Shown: piece after piece, positions 8,209 to 15,159 of the stretch
Position numbering within the stretch: position 1 is the stretch's first letter
Layout of the letters: each line of letters begins with the position of its first letter
Origin: Flavobacteriales bacterium
GTDB taxonomy: Bacteria > Bacteroidota > Bacteroidia > Flavobacteriales > Flavobacteriaceae
DNA length: 40,860 bases
Assembly (NCBI GenBank): GCA_015494775.1
Contig: WGAP01000046.1
Location: forward strand, 1-40,860
Reading direction: 5' to 3'
Notes under the pieces: generated by a model
Database searches by the model: none
The model's input: the letters and a program-made list of their open reading frames with translations, nothing else
Told to the model about the DNA's origin: nothing
Position numbers and translations under genes: made by a program

Positions 8209-11121
8209 TTAATAATTCACACTCAATCCGAAGGTAAACATCCGCGGACGCGGATAAAAATTATTGTCGATTCCGCCGGCAATTTCGGGGTCGATGCCGC
8301 GGTAACGGGTTAGCACGGCCACATTTTGCATGCTGGCAAACATTCGCATACGCAGGTGTTTGGAAATTTCCGGGAAACGATAGCCCAGCGTAATATTGTC
8401 CACTTTGAAAAAGGAGGCGTCTTGCACGTAATAATCGCTCAACAAATTGGTTTCGGTATAATTTTGAAAATGCGTGTTGTAGTAATCGGTATGAATATTG
8501 GTCAAATAGGGTCTTCCGGTCAGGTTGGCCGGAATGGATTTGCTACTGGCCACATTGTTATACATATAATTTCCGATGCTGGCTCGCGTGCTTACCGAAA
8601 AATCGAAGCGTTTATAACGAATCGACGTGCTCAATCCCATCAATACGTCGGCATAAGGATCTTTGAACAAATATTTGTCGTCGCTGTTAATTACCCCGTC
8701 GCCGTTGCGATCCACATACACGCCTTCGATAGGATTGCCGTCGGCATCGTAAACCTGTTGATAGACGTAGAAACTATACGGAGCGGCACCTTCGGTATGA
8801 CGTTGAACCGTATTGCCCACGCCGCCTTCGATACCGCCTACTTCCTGATCGAAAGGCATATAGGTAATTTCGTTATGATTGATGCCCAGGTTGTAGTCCA
8901 CACGCCAATTCAGGTCGGGCTTTCGCACCACGTAGGCACCCAAGGTCAATTCCCAACCGCGGTTGAGCATATTTCCCACGTTTTTTTCGACCCGGTTGCC
9001 GAAATTGGTAAACGGATCCACCAGGGCCCATATAATCAAATCATCGGTTTGTTTCCGATACCAGTTCAACGAACCGAAAAAGCGGTGTTCCCATAACGAG
9101 AAATCCAAACCCACATTGGTGGTTTTGCCCACTTCCCAACGCAAATTCTTGTTGACCGGTTCGGGACGGTAGGTTTGGTAAAACGTATTACCGAACTGAT
9201 AACCGGCCGTGGAAGTGCTGATTTGGTAACGCGTCAGGTATTTATAGGGCGCCAAACCGTTTACATTACCCACAGCACCATAGCCCAAACGTAGTTTGAG
9301 TTCGTCGAAGGGCGTATTTTCCATGAATTTTTCCTTGTGGATGTTCCAGGCCAAGGCAAAAGACGGGAAAAGTCCCCACCGGTTGCGCGGATTAAGCAAG
9401 GACGAAGCATCGGCCCGAAGGGATGCCGTGAGCAAATATTTTCCACGGTAGCCGTAATTCAATCGAGTGAAGTATGACAGCAAGACCTCGCGCGAAAGGT
9501 CGATTTTGTTATAATCGGGATTGTCGTGTTGGAAAGCATAATCATCGTAGAAATCACTGGAATAATCGAACATTTGATAGGAATAACCGGCCATCCATTT
9601 CAACGAATGATTTTTCCATTTGGGATGATAAGTGATGTAAGTATTGAGCAATTTATTGGTTTGGGCGTTTTTGTAATAATTGTGAATACCTTGCCACGAA
9701 GCATCCGATGTGGGCATTTGAGCCGACACAATGGTATGTCCTTTGCTGAACGAGCGATCCAATCCCACATTCAAAGTGGCCGTAAGGGCCTTAAAAAAGG
9801 GCAAAGTAAAATCGGCCATGGCATTGCCGATAAAGCGTTTGACATAGGCATAATCATCGGTCAGTTCCACCAGGGCCACCGGATTGGTGGGGGCGAGGTT
9901 ATATTGCAAGTTGGTATTGGGGTCGATCCAAGCGAAATAGCCTCCGAAAGGCGACGAAGCATCGTAAACCGGCTGCGTGGGGTCGAAAACGATGGCGGCA
10001 CCGATGGCTCCGCGGTTACCGAAATGATTGACCGTGTAATTACCCTGGGCATTGAGTTCCAAGCGCAAGTTTCCTTTCCAAAATTCCGGCACCAAATTCA
10101 GGGCTACGGTCGAACGTTGGAAATTATCGTTACGAAGAATACCGTCGTGGTTCAAATGCCCCAGCGACAGGCGCACCGGAATACCCATGAGTCGTCCCGA
10201 AGCGTTGAAATGATGATCCACCCCGTTGGCCGGCCGGAAAATTTCCCGCTGCCAATCGGTTTGTGCATTACCCAAAAGCGCAATGGCCTGCGCATCACCG
10301 GTGTCGTTGACCAATTGGCTGAATTGCAAACCGTTCATCACGGGCACAAAGGAAACGGGCATGGCACCGGTGTATTTGACCGAATAATCGAAACGGAAAC
10401 GCTTGCCCTTGGCTTTTTTGGTGGTAATAAGGATAACGCCGTTGGCCGCCCGTGAGCCGTAAATAGCCGTGGCCGAGGCATCTTTGAGCACCACGATGCT
10501 TTCGATGTCGTTGGGATCAATGGCATTGAGCGGATTTCGTTCGCCGCCGATACCGCGCCCCAAGGGAATACCGTTGACCACAAACAAGGGCTCATTGGTC
10601 AAGGACAGGGAACTCAGCCCGCGAATATAAATGCTGGCTCCTTCGCCGGGCGCACCCGAAGGCGCAATGGTGGTAACGCCGGCCACCTTGCCGGTAATCA
10701 AATTCTGCACGCTGGTAACTTCGCCTTGGGCAAAATCTTTGGCCGTCAATTTGTCCACCGCACCGGTGAGGTCTTCCTTTTTGGCCGTTCCGTAACCCAC
10801 AACCACCACTTTTTTGAGTTGTTCGGCTTTGGGTTGCATACGCAAATTTATCACCGGGCCGGTTACTTTCACTTCACGGGTTTGGTAGCCCAGGTATTTG
10901 AAAATCAATACCGCTTGACGGGGAACATTTCGCAGCGTGTATTTACCGTCGAAATCGGTTACGGTGCCCGTTTTCGTGTTTTTGACCATCACTTCCACGC
11001 CCGGAAGCGGGTCGCCGGTTTCGGCATCGGTAACCGTTCCGCTCACCGTGGTCCATTGGGCCGCAAGCCCCATGGGGAGCAACAGGCCCAATAGCAGCAA
11101 TATCCGTTTGGATTTTTTCAT
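8209..11121 (-). CDS. susC: SusC/RagA-family TonB-dependent outer-membrane transporter
   Basis: 970 aa with a signal peptide. CarboxypepD_reg-like N-terminus 'VSGTVTDAETGDPLPGVEVMVKNTKTGTVTDFDGKYTL'. Plug-type 'GAPGEGASIYIRGLSS'. C-terminal 'FTFGLSVNY' ends in an aromatic residue. Confidence 0.9.
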   Translation of the reverse strand: MKKSKRILLLLGLLLPMGLAAQWTTVSGTVTDAETGDPLPGVEVMVKNTKTGTVTDFDGKYTLRNVPRQAVLIFKYLGYQTREVKVTGPVINLRMQPKAEQLKKVVVVGYGTAKKEDLTGAVDKLTAKDFAQGEVTSVQNLITGKVAGVTTIAPSGAPGEGASIYIRGLSSLSLTNEPLFVVNGIPLGRGIGGERNPLNAIDPNDIESIVVLKDASATAIYGSRAANGVILITTKKAKGKRFRFDYSVKYTGAMPVSFVPVMNGLQFSQLVNDTGDAQAIALLGNAQTDWQREIFRPANGVDHHFNASGRLMGIPVRLSLGHLNHDGILRNDNFQRSTVALNLVPEFWKGNLRLELNAQGNYTVNHFGNRGAIGAAIVFDPTQPVYDASSPFGGYFAWIDPNTNLQYNLAPTNPVALVELTDDYAYVKRFIGNAMADFTLPFFKALTATLNVGLDRSFSKGHTIVSAQMPTSDASWQGIHNYYKNAQTNKLLNTYITYHPKWKNHSLKWMAGYSYQMFDYSSDFYDDYAFQHDNPDYNKIDLSREVLLSYFTRLNYGYRGKYLLTASLRADASSLLNPRNRWGLFPSFALAWNIHKEKFMENTPFDELKLRLGYGAVGNVNGLAPYKYLTRYQISTSTAGYQFGNTFYQTYRPEPVNKNLRWEVGKTTNVGLDFSLWEHRFFGSLNWYRKQTDDLIIWALVDPFTNFGNRVEKNVGNMLNRGWELTLGAYVVRKPDLNWRVDYNLGINHNEITYMPFDQEVGGIEGGVGNTVQRHTEGAAPYSFYVYQQVYDADGNPIEGVYVDRNGDGVINSDDKYLFKDPYADVLMGLSTSIRYKRFDFSVSTRASIGNYMYNNVASSKSIPANLTGRPYLTNIHTDYYNTHFQNYTETNLLSDYYVQDASFFKVDNITLGYRFPEISKHLRMRMFASMQNVAVLTRYRGIDPEIAGGIDNNFYPRPRMFTFGLSVNY

Positions 11122-11243
11122 GATTACATGTTTTTCGTGTCAAACCAAAGTTTGTCGGGGTTCAAAGGAAAGCGCTCGTTCGCACTTCAATTGTAAGTTA
11201 GCCGGATTTATTTTTAAAAAAACTGATGAAAATCATAATTGTA

Positions 11244-11263
11244 TTACGAAAACGTTTTCGTAA
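11244..11263. promoter_or_regulatory. Candidate LacI-family operator (20-bp perfect palindrome)
   Basis: TTACGAAAACGTTTTCGTAA equals its own reverse complement and has a central CG. It lies 123 nt upstream of the susC ATG in the divergent susC/lacI intergenic region. Confidence 0.5.
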
Positions 11264-11342
11264 ACAATTTTTTTGGATTAAATTGCCTTCGAAATATCCG
11301 GGTTAAGCGAGAAAACACGTTCGTCTCACCCGTAAAAAAAAT

Positions 11343-11650
11343 GCGCCAGGGATAGGAGCTGTATGAGCCGACGGGGCGGATGTGTTTTTGCGCCGGTGCC
11401 GGGGGCTCGCAGCGCAAGAGACCGCGGCGCCGGCGATGCAAAAACCACCGCACCCGAGGCGAATAGAAGCGGATAGCCCGGTGGCCGCCACGTGAGGAAC
11501 GGCAAGCGGGAGGGCGCTCCGCCGGCCGAAGCGCTTGCCGAGCCGCCGCCGCGGCGCCGCAGGCGCCGGCATTTTGGCCGCAGGCCAAAATGCTGCGGGC
11601 ATCCGCCCGCCGGCGGCGGCCCGAACGTGTGCGGCCAGGCGCCCTGAAAA
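11343..11650 (+). repeat. GC-rich mosaic intergenic repeat, copy A (forward)
   Basis: Head 'GCGCCAGGGATAGGAGC..GTATGAGCCGACGG'. Core 'GGGGGCTCGCAGCGCAAGAGACC.CGGCGCCGGC' matches 28863-28896 at 33/34 positions. Tail 'GGGCATCCGCCCGCCGGCGG' is identical to 29307-29326. The copy ends 'GGCGCCCTGAAAAAG' 9 nt before the lacI ATG. Confidence 0.8.
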
Positions 11651-11658
11651 AGAAAAAT

Positions 11659-12705
11659 ATGAAAAAAGTTACACTCAAAAGCATAGCCAAAGCCCTGGGC
11701 GTGTCGGTATCCACCGTGTCCAAAGCCCTGAAAAACAGTCCGGAAATCAGTCCGCGCACCCGCGAGCGCATCCTGGAATATTGCCGGCTGCATCACTACG
11801 AACCCAACCGGATGGCCTTGGGATTGCGCCACCGCAAAACGGGCATTATAGGCGTGATTGTGCCGCAAACGGGACATTACTTTTTTTCGCGCGTGATCAC
11901 CGGCATTCAAAAGGTGGCCGAGGCGGCGGGTTATCGCGTGCTCATCGCGCATTCCAATAACGAAACGACGGCCGAAGCGGAATGGCTGCGGCTTATGGGC
12001 AACGGCTATACCGACGGCGTGCTTCTTACATTGGCCAAGGAAACGCTCCAACGGGGTGATTTCAGGCATTTCCTGCCGTGGATCCAACGCGGATTTCCCT
12101 TGGTGTTTTTCGACCGCTATCCCGAAAAACTTCCCGTCAGCGCAGTGATTATCAATGATACGGAAGCCGGACGGCGGGCAACCGAACATCTGTTGGGCAT
12201 CGGCAAACGGCGGCCGGCACTGATTACCACGCCCGTATATCTTTCGGTGGGCTACCGGCGCGAGTTGGGATTTCGCCAAGCCCTGAAAAAGCACGGATTG
12301 CGGGTGGACGAAAACCGTATTTTGCGCATCGACGAACGCAAGCCCCTGCTAGCGCAAATACAAGGGCTTTTCCGGCTCAATCCCCCACCCGACGCCATTT
12401 TCGGGGTCAACGAACAATATGCCGCCACCGCCCTCAACCTGGCCCGTCAAATGGGGATGGACATTCCCGGCGACCTGGCCGTAATCGGCTTTTCCGACGG
12501 CATGATTGCCCGCCACACCTATCCGCCGCTCAGCACGGTGGTGCAGCACGGTTTTCGCATGGGGCAAACGGCGGCCGAACTCCTGTTTTCCCACATCCGC
12601 GCCGGCGAGACGCCTCCCGAACCGCAAATCAAAATCATTGATACCGACTTGGTGGTGCGCGGTTCCACGGGTTCCCATCCCGTTCCGGTGGCGGATGGTT
12701 TTTAG
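11659..12705 (+). CDS. LacI-family transcriptional regulator
   Basis: ATG at 11659 gives the HTH 'MKKVTLKSIAKALGVSVSTVSKALKNSPEIS', followed by a periplasmic-binding-fold sugar-binding domain. The ORF-track extension back to 11590 translates the GC-rich repeat. Confidence 0.85.
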   Translation: MKKVTLKSIAKALGVSVSTVSKALKNSPEISPRTRERILEYCRLHHYEPNRMALGLRHRKTGIIGVIVPQTGHYFFSRVITGIQKVAEAAGYRVLIAHSNNETTAEAEWLRLMGNGYTDGVLLTLAKETLQRGDFRHFLPWIQRGFPLVFFDRYPEKLPVSAVIINDTEAGRRATEHLLGIGKRRPALITTPVYLSVGYRRELGFRQALKKHGLRVDENRILRIDERKPLLAQIQGLFRLNPPPDAIFGVNEQYAATALNLARQMGMDIPGDLAVIGFSDGMIARHTYPPLSTVVQHGFRMGQTAAELLFSHIRAGETPPEPQIKIIDTDLVVRGSTGSHPVPVADGF

Positions 12706-12898
12706 GGCGCCTCCCCGCTCTCGTTCTTGCAGCGCATTCACGAGGCGGGGTCGGGCTGTCCGCTTAAATTCGCCTCGGGCTGCTCCGGCATTTCGGCGCT
12801 ACGCGCCTCCGCGGTGCGTGGGGCTTCCTGCTGGTCGCCTCCGCCCGCGGGAAATGCTCGGGCAGCCCGTCGGCTCATACCGCTCCCATCCCTGGCGC
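12704..12898 (-). repeat. GC-rich mosaic intergenic repeat, copy B (inverted, short form)
   Basis: Its reverse complement reads 'GCGCCAGGGATGGGAGCGGTATGAGCCGACGG...GGAAGCCCCACGCAC...CCCGAGGCGAATTTAAGCGGACAGCCCGAC...GGAGGCGCCCTAAA'. This is colinear with copies A and D. The tail overlaps the lacI stop codon. Confidence 0.75.
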
Positions 12899-12930
12899 AT
12901 GTATCCGAAATCCGGTTATAAAAAATTTTT

Positions 12931-12938
12931 TACCTTTG
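12931..12938 (+). promoter_or_regulatory. Candidate Bacteroidota -7 promoter box for the MFS/maltose operon
   Basis: TACCTTTG matches the TAnnTTTG consensus and is preceded by an A/T-rich tract. It ends 102 nt upstream of the ATG at 13041. Confidence 0.35.
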
Positions 12939-12971
12939 CCATAGGGTTTAAAGGAAATCGTTCCGCACTTC

Positions 12972-12991
12972 GGGCATAATGCATTATGTCC
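12972..12991. promoter_or_regulatory. Palindrome between candidate promoter and MFS start (operator or 5'-UTR hairpin)
   Basis: GGGCATAATGCATTATGTCC has a perfectly palindromic 14-bp core, CATAATGCATTATG (12975-12988). Confidence 0.3.
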
Positions 12992-13040
12992 GCAATGATT
13001 TTTTTAATCGCATCTTTCACGGTGCATCAAAACGTGCGGA

Positions 13041-14516
13041 ATGGGAAAAAAACATCTTTCTGTCGGCCAAATCCTCAACATGAGCGTGGGCTTTTTGGGT
13101 ATCCAATTCGGCTTTGCCCTGCAAAATGCCAACGTGAGCCGGATATTCGAAACCCTGGGTGCCAAAATAGACCAAATTCCCATCCTTTGGATTGCGGCTC
13201 CGCTCACCGGACTGGTGGTACAGCCGGTCATCGGTTACCTGAGCGACCGCACGTGGACCCGGCTGGGCCGGCGGCGCCCTTACTTCCTGGCCGGTGCCGT
13301 CATGGCTTCCCTGGCCCTGGTGGCCATGCCCAACGCTTCGGCTCTGTGGATAGCCGCCGTGCTCCTTTGGATGATGGATCTTTCCATCAACGTGTCCATG
13401 GAACCCTTCCGGGCCTTTGTGGCCGACAACCTGCGCGAAGAACAACGCAACCTGGGTTTTCTGGCCCAAAGTTTTTTTATCGGTATCGGTGCTGTGGCCG
13501 GCTCGCTTTTGCCCTGGCTTTTGGAACATCTGTTCCACGTGCCCAACACCGCTCCGCCGGGGCATATTCCCCTCACGGTCAAAATTTCGTTCTATGCAGG
13601 CGCCGCGGTATTTCTGGCCGCCATCCTGTGGACCGTGATTACCACCAACGAATACCCGCCCGACGAACTCATCACCAACGAACAAAACCAAACGGAAACA
13701 GAACCTGCCGAACAAAAGCAATTTTACACGGCCGCCCTTGTGCTCGGTGCATTGGGTACTGCTGCTATTTCAGCTAATTCAACCTATTGGCAAGATTGGG
13801 GCGTATCTTTGCTGGGCGTCGGATTGGTGGTCGCCGCACTTTTGTTTTACGGCGGCGGACTTCTACGCAACTTCCGTCCCGGAAATGCGCTGGTAACTAT
13901 TGCTTCCGATATGCTGCGCATGCCCCGCACCATGCGTCAATTGGCCTGGGTACAATTTTTTACCTGGTTCGGGCTCTTTGCCATGTGGATATACACCACG
14001 GCCAGCGTAACCCGTCATATCTATCATACCACGGATACATCAAGCGCCGCCTACAATGAAGGGGCCAACTGGGTGGGTGTGCTTTTTACCGTTTATAACG
14101 GCGTGGCGGCCTTTGTGGCCGTCTTTGGTCTTCCGCAAATGGCATATATGGCGGGACGTAAACGCACCCATGCCCTTGCGCTGAGTTTGGGTGCCTTGGG
14201 ATTGGCGGGATTTCTGCTTGTCCGGGATCCCCATCATTTGATTTACCTGATGATAGGCGTCGGCATTGCGTGGGCGTCCATCCTTTCCATGCCCTACGCC
14301 ATGCTGGCCCGCGTATTGCCGGCCCGGAAGATGGGCTACTATATGGGGGTCTTCAATTTTTTTATTGTCATACCCCAATTGATTGCCGCCACGATTTTAG
14401 GGCTAATGGTCAAAAAACTTTTCCACGGCGACCCGCTCTATGCCCTGGTTTTGGGCGGTGCTTCCATGCTCGTTGCCGCCCTGCTAACCCTCAAAGTAAA
14501 CGAAAACGATGCATGA
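13041..14516 (+). CDS. MFS/GPH-type sugar (maltose/maltodextrin-like) symporter
   Basis: 491 aa, polytopic and hydrophobic. 'GFLGIQFGFALQNANVSRIF' and 'GYLSDRTWTRLGRRRPY' are typical of SLC45/GPH-like sugar:cation symporters. It is the first gene of the plus-strand catabolic operon. Confidence 0.75.
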   Translation: MGKKHLSVGQILNMSVGFLGIQFGFALQNANVSRIFETLGAKIDQIPILWIAAPLTGLVVQPVIGYLSDRTWTRLGRRRPYFLAGAVMASLALVAMPNASALWIAAVLLWMMDLSINVSMEPFRAFVADNLREEQRNLGFLAQSFFIGIGAVAGSLLPWLLEHLFHVPNTAPPGHIPLTVKISFYAGAAVFLAAILWTVITTNEYPPDELITNEQNQTETEPAEQKQFYTAALVLGALGTAAISANSTYWQDWGVSLLGVGLVVAALLFYGGGLLRNFRPGNALVTIASDMLRMPRTMRQLAWVQFFTWFGLFAMWIYTTASVTRHIYHTTDTSSAAYNEGANWVGVLFTVYNGVAAFVAVFGLPQMAYMAGRKRTHALALSLGALGLAGFLLVRDPHHLIYLMIGVGIAWASILSMPYAMLARVLPARKMGYYMGVFNFFIVIPQLIAATILGLMVKKLFHGDPLYALVLGGASMLVAALLTLKVNENDA

Positions 14517-15159
14517 CAAAGCCGTTATTTTCGACCTGGACGGCGTCCTGACCGATACGGCCCGGTATCATTACCGCGCCTGGAAATCCCTGGCGGATGA
14601 ACTGAACATTCCGTTCAATGAGCAGTTAAACGAACAGCTTAAAGGCGTCAGCCGTCAAAAATCCCTGGATATTATCCTGAAAAATGCCGGGTTGCATTTG
14701 AGCGATGAACAAAAAATGAAACTGCTGGAACAAAAAAACCGGCTTTATCTGCAATTCATTGCCAACCTGGGCCCTAACGACCTTTTGCCGGGCATCGACC
14801 GACTTCTTCCGACCTTGAAAAAGGAAGAAATTCCCTTGGCCGTGGGTTCGGCCAGCAAAAATGCCCGCCGCGTGTTGGATGCCCTGGGCATTGGCTGCTA
14901 TTTCGATGCCATTGTTGACGGTCATGCGGTAATGCATCCCAAGCCTCATCCCGAGGTTTTCCTCAGAACCGCCCGTATGCTGGGCATTCCGCCCGGACGT
15001 TGCATCGTTGTCGAAGACGCCCGGGCCGGCATCGAAGCCGCCAAAAGGGCCGGCATGAAAGCCATTGCCGTCGGAGCATCGGAAAACTTTCCCGAAGCCG
15101 ATGCATCCGTTCCCGATACGCAATCACTGACTTACGATTTCCTAAAAGCATTCCTATGA
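14509..15159 (+). CDS. pgmB: Beta-phosphoglucomutase (HAD superfamily)
   Basis: HAD motif I 'VIFDLDGVLTDT', plus 'AVGSASKNA' and 'VVEDARAGIEAAKRAGM'. It overlaps the upstream gene by 8 nt and shares an ATGA overlap with the GH65 gene. Confidence 0.85.
   Translation: MHDKAVIFDLDGVLTDTARYHYRAWKSLADELNIPFNEQLNEQLKGVSRQKSLDIILKNAGLHLSDEQKMKLLEQKNRLYLQFIANLGPNDLLPGIDRLLPTLKKEEIPLAVGSASKNARRVLDALGIGCYFDAIVDGHAVMHPKPHPEVFLRTARMLGIPPGRCIVVEDARAGIEAAKRAGMKAIAVGASENFPEADASVPDTQSLTYDFLKAFL

Noticed and set aside
8326-10455. Long plus-strand ORFs inside susC (8326-9096 and 9526-10455). Similar antisense ORFs lie inside the GH13 genes, GH65 (15132-15962), sufD (24829-25830), sufC (26069-26809), sufB (26891-28081), the TPR gene (29398-30186, 31222-32454), the aminotransferase (36523-37449) and 37568-38656
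   Set aside because: These are shadow ORFs on the strand opposite confidently identified genes. Their translations have no recognisable motifs and show skewed composition.
11244-12294. Minus-strand ORFs 11244-11771, 11303-11602 and 11326-12294, plus the plus-strand ORF 11535-11960 and the 11590 start of the LacI ORF
   Set aside because: Their translations are Arg/Ala/Pro/Gly-rich low-complexity strings produced by the GC-rich repeat, or are antisense to the clearly recognisable LacI gene. They have no motifs or signal peptides, and the real LacI HTH begins at the ATG at 11659.
11343-12898. Composite transposon carrying lacI
   Set aside because: The inverted flanking repeats are real. However, I see no transposase, integrase or recombinase gene and no target-site duplication. 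This is reported as a structural observation only.
12986-13777. 263-aa plus-strand ORF overlapping the start of the MFS transporter in another frame
   Set aside because: Its translation is Arg/Pro/Gly-rich with no motifs. The overlapping frame encodes a coherent 12-TM-type transporter.
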